A stretch of 64,000 bases of DNA from a virus (IMGVR_UViG_3300037400_002156:1-64000); one strand, 5' to 3'; numbered from the stretch's first letter, positions 39,050 to 49,262 are shown. The notes: generated by a model from the letters alone, not told the origin. Translations and numbers: made by a program.

Positions 39050-40543
39050 TTATAAACCAAATATATCGTCGTCAGACTCACTAGATAAGTATATACTTGT
39101 GCCTGCTGGTTTCTGTGCAATATTACATGATGACAACGAGTCTATTAAATCTACTGATAATTCTGACTCATCAACTGAGGCATCTCCACCAAACTTATAT
39201 ACTTCTGGTTCAATATCGACAGGTGTTGGTAATACATTGTTTCCGTATCGTGTTTTAAGAAGTTGTACATAAGCCTGATTAGCGCTTTTCATATCGTCAT
39301 TTGCAAATACAGTCATTACAATAGATGAAAATCGTTCAAGCTCATTTGAGTCTGATAATGCAGTTAGTCTATAGCCTTCAACCTGTGTGTTAAGTGATTT
39401 GTTTTTATCACCTGGGCGATTTATCATTGACAATTTTTTGAAGGATGCAAATGCTTCTTTATAGCCTGAACGATTTGTTTGAGCAACTAGCACAGTTGCA
39501 ACTTGTCTTTTTTTACCATCTTTTTTTCTAAAGTCAACAGTCAATTCACCAAAAAATGAAACATACTTATTGATAATCGCACCTGTATTATTACCATTGT
39601 ATAATGGGCTTCTTAAAGCAAGTTCGCCAACGTGATCTACAAAGATTGCATCAATAGGCATTTCATCGTCAATGCTATATAGTAAATCTACAAATTCACT
39701 TTCACTATATGTCTTAAAACATGATCTATCAATAATCTTAAATCTAGGCTCAATAACTTTACGGTACTCAGGCTCTAATACATCACATAAAAAGTTAAGC
39801 TCATCTTCGTCTAATTTATTCTGCATTATCTTTTTAAGCTGAAGTGGATGATATCCCATTCTTGTAAAGCGACTATCATTTGAAAATAAACTTAATGCAG
39901 AATATTCAAGCTGTTCTTTTGAAACTTCTAATGAAATATATGCAATATTTTTACCTTCAAGAACATTTTTAACTGCTATATTAGTAGACCATGTAGTTTT
40001 AAATGAACCACTAAATCCAGCAAGAGTAGCCATTGCTCCTTTTGGAATTGAGCCTATCTCATCGTCTATCTGATCTACAAATGTTTTTAGACCAGATCGA
40101 TCTTTCATACTTCTAGTGTATCTTTCACGAAAAGAAAGATTCTCTTCTACAATGTCATTATCAAATGATGTCTGTTTGCGAACAGCCTCTGCCATTTCTG
40201 GTGTAATGCCATTCACTGCAGCATCAGCAGCCATCTTATGTAGTAGTTTTGATTTATGAATATTTTGATGTTTTGTTATAAATTGTTTTCTATAATAGCG
40301 CAAATCTACTATAGAAAATGGCTCTACTTCTGTTAGCTGGTATCTGTATTGTGGAAACTTAGAAAGAAATATTGTCTCTGTAGGAAATTCTTTATTTGAA
40401 TTATATTCTCTTTCTAAAAACTTAAATATATCTTGCTCATCACTTGAGAGAGTCTGAATGTTATCTTTTGATAGTATAGTTTGAAGTTCAGCGTAAAACT
40501 CAATGTTACTTTGTCCGAGTAGAGATTTAACAATTTGAATCAT
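39050..40543 (-). CDS. DnaB-like (SF4) replicative helicase
   Basis: GFSGSFKT, YISLE, IFVDH, AQTNR, SDSNELER, KTRYG; likely start MIQIV 40543 (track start 40594). Confidence 0.88.
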   Translation of the reverse strand: MIQIVKSLLGQSNIEFYAELQTILSKDNIQTLSSDEQDIFKFLEREYNSNKEFPTETIFLSKFPQYRYQLTEVEPFSIVDLRYYRKQFITKHQNIHKSKLLHKMAADAAVNGITPEMAEAVRKQTSFDNDIVEENLSFRERYTRSMKDRSGLKTFVDQIDDEIGSIPKGAMATLAGFSGSFKTTWSTNIAVKNVLEGKNIAYISLEVSKEQLEYSALSLFSNDSRFTRMGYHPLQLKKIMQNKLDEDELNFLCDVLEPEYRKVIEPRFKIIDRSCFKTYSESEFVDLLYSIDDEMPIDAIFVDHVGELALRSPLYNGNNTGAIINKYVSFFGELTVDFRKKDGKKRQVATVLVAQTNRSGYKEAFASFKKLSMINRPGDKNKSLNTQVEGYRLTALSDSNELERFSSIVMTVFANDDMKSANQAYVQLLKTRYGNNVLPTPVDIEPEVYKFGGDASVDESELSVDLIDSLSSCNIAQKPAGTSIYLSSESDDDIFGL

Positions 40544-40619
40544 TATATCACCTTGAATATGGGCATAAAAAATTATGTAATGGTAAATTACCATTACATA
40601 ATAATATACACTAGATATT

Positions 40620-41618
40620 CTAGAAATAAATTAGTTTATTATCAGCGTTAAACTTAATTTCTCCAGGTGCACTCTTACTATCTAAGTTAGATCCTTCATA
40701 TTCAAGATTTTTAGCCTTAATTTGTTTCTCAATAAAATTGCAGATAGCTTGATACTTATCATACATTGATTGATCACCAGCGCATTTAAATACCTTATTA
40801 AGGTATTTACTCATCTCATCAGATAGTTTATCTTCATCATAATAGCTATCTCTGCTAGTGGCATCCTGATACTTAATATATGCTTTAACTAAGCCAGATA
40901 AAGCGCCACTTGTAATATCACCAGTTACATTATAAACATACTGCATTACAAGATTAGCACTTGTCTTGTTAGTCTCGCCGTTAATTGGAGCAATTGCAAT
41001 AGTAACGTTTAATTTATGAGCGTTAACAGAAGCATTTGATCTTGAACTTAAGCCAGAGTCGAATCCGTACTGACAGTGACCAATAAATGATGGAGTGTGT
41101 TTATCAGCATCTACATCTGTGTGATAAAAAGTAGTAATACTCAATGGAACCAATCCATCTGATTCAAGACCTTCACTTGCAATTAAATACGCTTTTTTAA
41201 AATCTTTTGATTTAATAGCACTTACAGCGGCTTCAACTTTTGATCCAACTCTTGCGTCAAACTGAATTACCCAATCTGAATGACCTTCGTTAGTGAGCTT
41301 AACTCTAACGTTTCTTATTGTGCCAGGTCTAAATGTATCATTACCTGTAACTCCATCCTCGTATATACGCTGCATATTCATAAATGAATCGAATATTGAA
41401 TAAGAATAGCTTTCATTACCTTTTTTATCTGCGCTCTGATCAGTTGACTCTTTATTCTCTTGGTTTTCGTTTTCACCACCTGTAACTTCTACAGAACCAT
41501 ACTTAATAACAGCTTTTGAAGGCCCATTTAGAAAGCACGTCTTAAGAACTTTACCTTTATCAGATTTTCTATCTTCATATGAGTTAATCTTATATTCAGA
41601 AAACTTTTCATTAGACAT
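40620..41618 (-). CDS. Hypothetical protein
   Basis: 332-aa ORF coupled to SNF2 gene. Confidence 0.75.
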   Translation of the reverse strand: MSNEKFSEYKINSYEDRKSDKGKVLKTCFLNGPSKAVIKYGSVEVTGGENENQENKESTDQSADKKGNESYSYSIFDSFMNMQRIYEDGVTGNDTFRPGTIRNVRVKLTNEGHSDWVIQFDARVGSKVEAAVSAIKSKDFKKAYLIASEGLESDGLVPLSITTFYHTDVDADKHTPSFIGHCQYGFDSGLSSRSNASVNAHKLNVTIAIAPINGETNKTSANLVMQYVYNVTGDITSGALSGLVKAYIKYQDATSRDSYYDEDKLSDEMSKYLNKVFKCAGDQSMYDKYQAICNFIEKQIKAKNLEYEGSNLDSKSAPGEIKFNADNKLIYF

Positions 41619-41621
41619 AAG

Positions 41622-43157
41622 CTATCTCTTTCTATTCCATAACAGATTATTCTTTAATGTTTTAATATCTGAATAATCTATGTCAACATAATTACAATCG
41701 CAATTCTCAAGCGTACCTATAGAATCATCGCCAAGTAGTATCTTAATTAAGCCAATACGCTTTTTAAACAATTCTACCTTGTACTCATCTATTGTGTTAC
41801 TAACAGTTATAAAGTAAATATTCTGCTTATCATATGTTGTGTCTGCGCGACAAATTCTCCCGCACAACTGCACCAGCTTCCCGCACGACCACGGAAGATG
41901 GAAACATATAATATTATTAGCTCTCTGAAGATTTCGTGACTGTGATGCAGCTTGACTACATAATATAATTTCTTTTAGTCCTAAATTAGATTCAATAGCA
42001 GCTCTAGTCTCTTCTTTTTCAGCGCCAGTTAGACGATATATGGTTTTAAAGCCAATATCATCTTTGTGATCTAATAAAATCTTCTCTGCCAAGTCAAGAG
42101 AATCTTTATATTCAAAATAAATTAAAGTAGATTCATTTCTATCAATTATCTCTTTAACAGTTGATATTAAAAGTTGCATCTTATTAGAAATATGGTCTTT
42201 ATTCTTTTCTATCAAAGAACTATCCGACGAGTCACATATTCTCTGAAGGTCATGTAATCTACTTCCAAAATCTTTCTCTTCAATAGGATTGGCTTCTTCT
42301 GATTTTTTCTTTGATTTAGATTTTGCTTTTACTTTCTCAGGATGGTATAATACATCAAATAAACCAGATGCAGCTAATTTATACGGTTTTTCACTACTCT
42401 CATCTAGATTGCATTCTTTAAATTCAAAGTTTACGTTATAATGTATACATCCTTTAATAATAAGCTTGTCAAGAAGTTCATTAAGCTCTTGCATATTCTT
42501 AAAGCCAACTATCTCAATAACTTTTCTCTGAATATGAGCCCCGCTTCTTGATTTCATATGTATTACATTTTCTTTCGTAATACAATACCTAGCACGAAAT
42601 CTAAACCAAGAAACAAATATTGAAGGATATACGAAGTGTAATACGTTAAATAAGCCCTCAATATCATTTAATAAAGGTGTTGCTGTCATCGCATATATTC
42701 TTTTACAGTAACAGCGTACTTCCCATGCAGCTCTACAGAACACTGATTCAGGATTCTGTAATGAGTGTGCTTCATCTATCACGAGATGACATGTATTTGT
42801 ATTAGCAAGAGATACAAGATCTTCTACATACTTATTAACAAGAGTATTCTCTATAAAAATGTAGCGATGCTTAACCATATCTGAATATGAATACTTTTTT
42901 GAAGTATCTGCTGTAATGAGATAGTATGGCAATCCCATTCGCGTCTTCATTTCTTTCTCAAAAGCAGCTCTTGCTGACTTTGGAATCATAAAGATGCATT
43001 TATCATTATTATCTTTTAATAAATGATACTTCACAAAATGTAAAACACAAAGCGATTTTCCACAGCCCGGACTTAGTGCGAGTATCGCCATCTTCATCTG
43101 CGACATTCTATCTACAGACATCTTCTGTAATTCATTTAATACATAATTATCTGACAT
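41622..43157 (-). CDS. SNF2-like superfamily 2 helicase
   Basis: SPGCGKS, IDEAH, MTATP, QLCGRICR motifs. Confidence 0.9.
   Translation of the reverse strand: MSDNYVLNELQKMSVDRMSQMKMAILALSPGCGKSLCVLHFVKYHLLKDNNDKCIFMIPKSARAAFEKEMKTRMGLPYYLITADTSKKYSYSDMVKHRYIFIENTLVNKYVEDLVSLANTNTCHLVIDEAHSLQNPESVFCRAAWEVRCYCKRIYAMTATPLLNDIEGLFNVLHFVYPSIFVSWFRFRARYCITKENVIHMKSRSGAHIQRKVIEIVGFKNMQELNELLDKLIIKGCIHYNVNFEFKECNLDESSEKPYKLAASGLFDVLYHPEKVKAKSKSKKKSEEANPIEEKDFGSRLHDLQRICDSSDSSLIEKNKDHISNKMQLLISTVKEIIDRNESTLIYFEYKDSLDLAEKILLDHKDDIGFKTIYRLTGAEKEETRAAIESNLGLKEIILCSQAASQSRNLQRANNIICFHLPWSCGKLVQLCGRICRADTTYDKQNIYFITVSNTIDEYKVELFKKRIGLIKILLGDDSIGTLENCDCNYVDIDYSDIKTLKNNLLWNRKR
43071..43157 (-). repeat. Direct repeat copy 1: functional first 29 codons of the SNF2 gene
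   Basis: MSDNYVLNELQKMSVDRMSQMKMAILALS. Confidence 0.9.
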
Positions 43158-43242
43158 AAAATTTCCTATATTAAAAACTTTTCAAAGTTTAATATCAATT
43201 CAATATCTACATATTGTAACCCACTAATATAGGAGATATTAT

Positions 43243-43461
43243 ATGAGTAGCAAAACAACAGATACTGAAAATAGAACAAACGTCAATGTCTCAAAAGAGT
43301 TTAGAGACAAAATGCAAAAAGCGACTTCTTTGTATTACATTAAAACTGGAAAGAAAATTACAATTGGCAATGCTGTTGAAGCGATTATAGATGGTTGTGA
43401 TGAAACACTTTTAAATATATACAAAGAATCCTGCAAACTTGCAAATTCAATGGAGAAGTAG
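43243..43461 (+). CDS. Small ribbon-helix-helix-like DNA-binding protein
   Basis: 72 aa, AGGAG RBS; NVNVS strand followed by two helices; coupled to endonuclease. Confidence 0.55.
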   Translation: MSSKTTDTENRTNVNVSKEFRDKMQKATSLYYIKTGKKITIGNAVEAIIDGCDETLLNIYKESCKLANSMEK

Positions 43462-43463
43462 AG

Positions 43464-44342
43464 ATGAATCAGAAAGAATGGAAAACATCTGGCAAATTTC
43501 CTGGTAAATATAAATGGTATAATCAAACAAGAAAATTTCAAAGATCTTTGTGTTACGAATCAGATCCTAACGCTAATATAATCCATCATCTTAGAGATAC
43601 AGAAGAGCAAAGAAATTATAATGATACTCATTACGAGTATTGGGGATTCAATGAAGATGGTACTTTTGAGTATGGTAAATATGTAGTCTTTGTAACTGAA
43701 GAGTGGCATAATAATTATCACGCACATTCAGAAGAAACTAAAAGTAAAATACGTAAAGCCCATGAACAATATTGGACTGAAGAAAATAGAATGCTATGGA
43801 GTGTTCAGATGTCTGGTGAAGGTAATGGGTTTTGTGGAAAACACCATAGTGATGAAACCAAAACACTTATAAGTAAAAATAGATCTGGAAAATGTGTGGG
43901 TGAAGATCACCCATTTTACGGAAAGCATCATACTGACGAATCTCGTAAGAAAATGAGTGATGCTCTATCTGGAAACAAACATCCTAGATTTGGTAAGTAC
44001 GGTAAAAATAACCCTATATACGGAAGAAAGCAATCTGAAGAAGCTAAAAAGAAAATAAGTGAAGGTAATAAAGGTAAATGTGCTGGAGAAAAGCATCCAT
44101 TTTATGGAAAACCAGCTTGGAATAGAGGGAAGAATATGTCTGATGAGTCTAAAGAAAAGATGAGCACTATTGCAAAGCCTAAATTTGCAGAAATGTCAGT
44201 TTACTGCAAAGAATATTGTAAAAATGGAGGCACTATCAAGTGGCAACAATTTCAAAAGTATTTCAATGAATATAAAAGATTATCAGTAAATCACTCTACA
44301 GGTGATTTCATTAAATGGATAAATAACTACGAATTGACTTAG
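43464..44342 (+). CDS. HNH-like homing endonuclease with NUMOD3 repeats
   Basis: IIHH...VVFVTEEWHNNYH; five H(S/T)(D/E)E(T/S)K.K(I/M)S-type repeats. Confidence 0.85.
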   Translation: MNQKEWKTSGKFPGKYKWYNQTRKFQRSLCYESDPNANIIHHLRDTEEQRNYNDTHYEYWGFNEDGTFEYGKYVVFVTEEWHNNYHAHSEETKSKIRKAHEQYWTEENRMLWSVQMSGEGNGFCGKHHSDETKTLISKNRSGKCVGEDHPFYGKHHTDESRKKMSDALSGNKHPRFGKYGKNNPIYGRKQSEEAKKKISEGNKGKCAGEKHPFYGKPAWNRGKNMSDESKEKMSTIAKPKFAEMSVYCKEYCKNGGTIKWQQFQKYFNEYKRLSVNHSTGDFIKWINNYELT

Positions 44343-44423
44343 CGCGAGTATCGCGGCGTTCATTTTAGACATTCTATCGATCGACATTCGTTGGAGTTCA
44401 TTTAATACATAATTATCTGACAT
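44337..44423 (-). pseudogene. Direct repeat copy 2: orphaned 5' end of the SNF2 gene
   Basis: MSDNYVLNELQRMSIDRMSKMNAAILALS, then runs antisense into the HEG and stops. Confidence 0.85.
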
Positions 44424-44452
44424 AATAACCTACTTAACTACATAAAGAAAAA

Positions 44453-44480
44453 CCCATAATGGAATATACACCATTATGGG
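44453..44480 (-). terminator. Terminator hairpin
   Basis: cccataatgg-N8-ccattatggg followed by U-tract on minus strand. Confidence 0.7.
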
Positions 44481-44509
44481 CAAGTGTTTAATTATGTTAG
44501 ATATTTGAA

Positions 44510-45346
44510 CTATAATGTATTTAGATACTCAATCTTTGACTTAAGAAAATCACCCAGCTCAACTTCAGGATATTGGTAATCACAATGAAGCGGATCCGTT
44601 ATGACATTAAGTTTCATAATGTCAAAGTTTGTACTGAATAATTTGTAAGCATCAATTAACTTATCAACCCACTTCTTTTCACTATCATTAAAATTTAATG
44701 ATATATTTTTAAGCTGTTCAATTGAAGGGCATTCCCCATTATAGTCAAGTAAGCTAACTATCCTTGCAGCCAGTTTTCTTGGGAACCTTATCACCGGTGG
44801 CTTCAATGTATCACTTGCATCGCCAGCTATAGCTCTAAAAATTGGTAACTTTCTTGGTTCAATTTCAAAGAACTTATCTGCATATTCTGCTTTATAAGAT
44901 TCTTCTGTTGTAATCAAACCCTTAAAAGATTCAATTACAGTGTCTTTGTTAAGTGACTGTAACAAATCTTTATCACCTGACAAAATCTTTTTCCTACCCT
45001 CTAATGTACGCGATAGCGTAAATATAATTTCATCTGATTCATAGTCATTATTATAATATACTTTAATACGATCATTATTTAATAAATGAATAAATGACGA
45101 TAAGCCAGCATAAACATTATATCCGCCTTCTTGTTTACGACCAGATTTATAATCTTCTTTTAATAAACGACGTCCTTTAGGATTCGCCCCATCAAGACAC
45201 AAGTGCACACGTGAATCTTCTCTAGCTAATAGTGACCCAAGCTTTTTACAAAGATAATGTAATTCTGCAAATTCAGAGTATACATGTTGCATTGCAAAAA
45301 AGCCTCTATATAGTAACCAACTTACATCAACTAAATAGTGTATCAT
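44510..45346 (-). CDS. 5'-3' exonuclease / flap endonuclease (PolI N-terminal / RNase H-like)
   Basis: LVDVS..YRGF, YKSGR, YESDE, SGDKDLLQ, GDASD; likely start 45346 (track start 45367). Confidence 0.9.
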   Translation of the reverse strand: MIHYLVDVSWLLYRGFFAMQHVYSEFAELHYLCKKLGSLLAREDSRVHLCLDGANPKGRRLLKEDYKSGRKQEGGYNVYAGLSSFIHLLNNDRIKVYYNNDYESDEIIFTLSRTLEGRKKILSGDKDLLQSLNKDTVIESFKGLITTEESYKAEYADKFFEIEPRKLPIFRAIAGDASDTLKPPVIRFPRKLAARIVSLLDYNGECPSIEQLKNISLNFNDSEKKWVDKLIDAYKLFSTNFDIMKLNVITDPLHCDYQYPEVELGDFLKSKIEYLNTL

Positions 45347-45356
45347 AATATAATCC

Positions 45357-46031
45357 TTATAGTTCAATCACAGTTGGTAGATAAGCAACATCGTAATCTT
45401 CATCTAATATGGAAACATTATAAACTCTTGCAATGTTTCCATTATTTAGTATAGTTTGATGTTCACCATGAGATCCAGTATGAATATGCCCGCATATATT
45501 TAGTTCTATATTAGATTCTAATATTCTAACAAGAAGTTCTTTTGAGCCAAGCTCTTTATTAAATCTGCTAACATATCCAACATCATCTATCATCGGCGGT
45601 TGATGAGTGATTAAAATATCAGTGTCATCATCAAACTCATAAGTTTGATTATGCTGCTTTGAAAAAGCCCAACCATTTGGTGACTCATTATTTGGATTAC
45701 CATAAAATTTCTTACCATCAATTATGATTGAACTATGACATAAATAATGCACCTTATCAATCATTCTGTGACGTACTAAAATTCTATCAAGCTCATCTTC
45801 AAAGAAATTATATGTACCGGCAAAGTCATGATTTCCTGGAATAACTACGACATGATCTGTCTTTAATGATTTCATCCATGGTACAAATCGTTTATCCAAC
45901 CAATGTAAAACAGACACACAGTCTTGTTGGCAATATAAAGGAGACCAGTCTCCGGCAATTACAACAGCATCACATTTATCTCTTATATTTATTAAATTAC
46001 CATGAAGATCTGAGATAGCAATAATTTTCAT
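45357..46031 (-). CDS. Calcineurin-like metallophosphoesterase
   Basis: SDLHG, AGD, PGNHD, THQPP, GHIH. Confidence 0.92.
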   Translation of the reverse strand: MKIIAISDLHGNLINIRDKCDAVVIAGDWSPLYCQQDCVSVLHWLDKRFVPWMKSLKTDHVVVIPGNHDFAGTYNFFEDELDRILVRHRMIDKVHYLCHSSIIIDGKKFYGNPNNESPNGWAFSKQHNQTYEFDDDTDILITHQPPMIDDVGYVSRFNKELGSKELLVRILESNIELNICGHIHTGSHGEHQTILNNGNIARVYNVSILDEDYDVAYLPTVIEL

Positions 46032-46047
46032 ATAAGCTCCAAAATAA

Positions 46048-46078
46048 AATAGGGTATAGCATAATAACTATACCCTAT
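46048..46078 (-). terminator. Terminator hairpin after tail tube
   Basis: atagggtatag-N8-ctataccctat. Confidence 0.7.
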
Positions 46079-46104
46079 ATACACTATAATAAATATGTGT
46101 TGAA

Positions 46105-46668
46105 TTATTTAGCACCCTGAACTACTTCTTCATGGTAACGGTCAACAGATAATTCTAATGTAACTGTCTGTGCGTTAGCACTATCGAATGAAAAAGACTC
46201 ACCCATTCCAAATGATCTAGGCCATACTCCCTCAAGAGTCCATTTACGAATAATTGAACAGTCTGGAGAATACATATAAAGGGTTCCACTAGCTTTATAC
46301 TGACTTACTAAACCCATTAACTTTGTATCATAATCAAATACTTTATTATACCATTTCTGTAGTGTGTTAACTTGATCACGACCAATTGTATCATAGACTG
46401 TAATTGTAAGATCGTCGTAAGTAGGAGCTGCGGCTACTTTAACGGTGTCATTACCATGTTTTAATGGAATAGCCTCTGATGAAATTTTTGGTGTAGAGAC
46501 ATCCTTTGTTGATAAGCGGATGTGTTCTGCTACATCTGCACCTTCACCAGAAAGAATCTTATCTAGATCAAGTACTATTTCAAAGTGGTTAGTACGCTGT
46601 ACTTCAAAATTTGTTTGAGTTGCAAAATGCCCAGCATGGGTATACTCTTTACCGGCAACTTCTGCCAT
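46105..46668 (-). CDS. Tail tube protein (T4 gp19-like)
   Basis: QRTNHF, VKVAAAPTYDDLTIT, YK...L..Y.PD...RKWTLEGVWP, LSVD. Confidence 0.9.
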   Translation of the reverse strand: MAEVAGKEYTHAGHFATQTNFEVQRTNHFEIVLDLDKILSGEGADVAEHIRLSTKDVSTPKISSEAIPLKHGNDTVKVAAAPTYDDLTITVYDTIGRDQVNTLQKWYNKVFDYDTKLMGLVSQYKASGTLYMYSPDCSIIRKWTLEGVWPRSFGMGESFSFDSANAQTVTLELSVDRYHEEVVQGAK

Positions 46669-46680
46669 AATAACCCTCCA

Positions 46681-48339
46681 TTATATAACAAAATCTATTG
46701 CGATACTCTCAGCAACGCGAGAGAATAATAATATTACATTTATATTAACTGTTTGATAATTGATAGTGTATGATATATCATAGTCTGAAATTATACCATG
46801 TGATTTAAAATCATCAAGTATATTAAATTTAATATTATCCACACAGCTATCAATATTAAACATTGTATTTAATATAAACTTCTTAGTATCAAGATAATCT
46901 CTTATTAGTTTTCTTAATCTAACAAAGTTTCTTGATACGTGGCTAAATCGTAAATTAGGTAAATTAGATAATGACCTATCGCCATATACTGATGGTGATC
47001 CTATATCAAAAAGCACCATTGAGTTACATTTTAAATCTTTAAGTTTAGAAGCAGAACTTTCTGTTAATACTAATTTTACACTATCATTAGAGATATTCAG
47101 ATCAATAAAATTATTCGTTATATAAGCAGAACTAGTTATCATAAGATTGTAAAATGATAGCAATGCTGCAGAATATTCTACTTTTCTATTATGCGAATCT
47201 ACTAATGAGCAGTCAACAAAATCAGTAGCGTAGCCATAAAATAAATCACAGTTAAAATTGCTATTTAGCTGTAGTGCTTCTCTAAATTTGCCACTCTGTG
47301 ATAAAAGCTGAATTGTAGAGCTCACTGTTAAATCTGGTGCGTTAATAAATAGATATGTATTACAGTCTTCATTAAATGCATCTAATAAATGATTATAAAT
47401 CGCTATCTGTGACTCTGATTCAAGCTGTGTCGTTGAAAATCCTGTCAATATATCATCAGTAATATGTGGCTGTAGTTTAATCATTCTACCCATACATAGC
47501 ATTAACGGCTCTACAGAAAGATTGCTAAGTCTATCTATTGCTTTCATATATGATGATAAAGTGACTGTCTCTTCATCAAAATCATACATATAATCGCTTG
47601 TATGAATGTTATAACGATAATCATCAGTATATATAAAATTAGAATCTCTGTATATAGTAATTTCTGACTCTGAAGTTGATCTTAATAGTATACTGAGTTT
47701 ATCGTTATTAGCCTTCTTTATTAGCTCAGATGCAAGTGTTCTATTATTATTTCCAGAATACAATATCTTTAATTCAAATCCGTTACTTTTAAAGTCACGT
47801 ATTATATCTTCATCAGTGACTGAGTTTGCATCAAAAACAAATTCAATTGTATTATATAGTCTTGAACTATGTAATAGATTAATATCACTAATCTCTTTTT
47901 TAGTAAATCTGTCTAAGTAATACAAATTAACATATAGATGAAGTCTATGACTTTCATCTGTTAACTCTATTGTTTGTATTATAGGCTGGATAAATTTCAT
48001 TTCATGTTTTAATTTATAGCCAACTACCTCAAAGCCATTTTCTATAAAGTAAAACTCTGTATATCCGTTATAATGAATACTATCAAAGCCATCTGTATTG
48101 TTGTACATATCGTAAACTGATGATATGTACATTGGAACACCTCTTCTAATAAGATCATAGGCTAATACAAGATCTGCATACAAAGAAGGGTCAATAAAAG
48201 GGTCACCAAACTTCTCTTCTAATTCATCTGTAGATTTAATAAGATCATACTCAACTTTATTTTTAGGAGTATGACATATAAGAGCACCTATGTTAGATTC
48301 ATTTATCAAAAAGTTGTTTTTAACATTTATTATTGTCAT
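46681..48339 (-). CDS. Second, divergent tail sheath paralog
   Basis: LEEKFGDPFIDPSLYADL (cf. LIANFGDPRIDPEKYVDL); SVYGDRSL...HVSRNF sheath C-domain. Confidence 0.8.
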   Translation of the reverse strand: MTIINVKNNFLINESNIGALICHTPKNKVEYDLIKSTDELEEKFGDPFIDPSLYADLVLAYDLIRRGVPMYISSVYDMYNNTDGFDSIHYNGYTEFYFIENGFEVVGYKLKHEMKFIQPIIQTIELTDESHRLHLYVNLYYLDRFTKKEISDINLLHSSRLYNTIEFVFDANSVTDEDIIRDFKSNGFELKILYSGNNNRTLASELIKKANNDKLSILLRSTSESEITIYRDSNFIYTDDYRYNIHTSDYMYDFDEETVTLSSYMKAIDRLSNLSVEPLMLCMGRMIKLQPHITDDILTGFSTTQLESESQIAIYNHLLDAFNEDCNTYLFINAPDLTVSSTIQLLSQSGKFREALQLNSNFNCDLFYGYATDFVDCSLVDSHNRKVEYSAALLSFYNLMITSSAYITNNFIDLNISNDSVKLVLTESSASKLKDLKCNSMVLFDIGSPSVYGDRSLSNLPNLRFSHVSRNFVRLRKLIRDYLDTKKFILNTMFNIDSCVDNIKFNILDDFKSHGIISDYDISYTINYQTVNINVILLFSRVAESIAIDFVI

Positions 48340-49262
48340 GGGTTGCTCTCCTGAGAGTCACTTGGCGGAATCTCAAATCTAAGTACAAAACTATCTGGAC
48401 CAAATTTAGAGTATATCGTCAATAGTTTACCAGAGTTAATTGCATCAATAAACTCTTCTAAGCTGCTAAAGCCTAAACTTTTATAATAAGCTTCAAGATT
48501 ACTATAGCCAGATTCATTAAGCTTATTTAAAAACATATCAGATAGTATATAGTCTTCTAAAGATTCAAATCCAAGCTCTCCAATATACTTTGGTACTACT
48601 TTTGATGATATATTACACTTTTCTAGTGACTTTGATTTATATTTACGATAAATATAAGCGTTTATCTTTGCAGTTATCGTAGCTCTGTATAACGCATTAC
48701 CAGAATCAAAGTTTTCAAGATCAGATGTATCTTCTATCTCTTCTATTAATAAATGGCAGGCTTGTGATTTTACTAATTTATCTCTAGATCCATCTGATTT
48801 AAAATTATAAAAGCCAATATACGGTATTGTAAAAAGGTTTTCTTGTAATTCAACAAGAAGAGTATCAAAGTTATCACGTTCAAGAGATATAACGTCTATA
48901 TAATAGGTTAAATCAAAAGTAGAATTAACAACAGATACAGCGTCATTATGTCCAGTGTTTATTATCTGTATAGCAAGTTCAGGATCATAGTTCTGTAATA
49001 TCTTATGGCCTATGCCAGAATCTGCTGTTAAATAAGTCTGACCTGATTTTGCTCTTGACCATGAGTTATACTCTTTTGAGAAGATTGGACAGTTCGTTCT
49101 TCTAACTACTATAATAGGAAACTCAACATCTTTACCATCTAAAATCTTTTTGTTTCGTATTTCTTGAAGTGGAAGATTTGGCCTCATTACAAAATGAGTA
49201 TTATCATAAAATGTCTTTATTCTATCAACTACGGCAAGATCATAATCTCTAATGTCAAGCAT
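48336..49262 (-). CDS. Putative tail terminator / completion protein (gp15-like)
   Basis: Position between neck and sheath; FPII.V.R and FDLTY.ID patterns. Confidence 0.5.
   Translation of the reverse strand: MLDIRDYDLAVVDRIKTFYDNTHFVMRPNLPLQEIRNKKILDGKDVEFPIIVVRRTNCPIFSKEYNSWSRAKSGQTYLTADSGIGHKILQNYDPELAIQIINTGHNDAVSVVNSTFDLTYYIDVISLERDNFDTLLVELQENLFTIPYIGFYNFKSDGSRDKLVKSQACHLLIEEIEDTSDLENFDSGNALYRATITAKINAYIYRKYKSKSLEKCNISSKVVPKYIGELGFESLEDYILSDMFLNKLNESGYSNLEAYYKSLGFSSLEEFIDAINSGKLLTIYSKFGPDSFVLRFEIPPSDSQESNP

Noticed and set aside
43158-44336. Group I intron in the SNF2 gene
   Set aside because: ORFs are antisense and fill the insert, no room for a ribozyme core, and a replacement start makes splicing unnecessary
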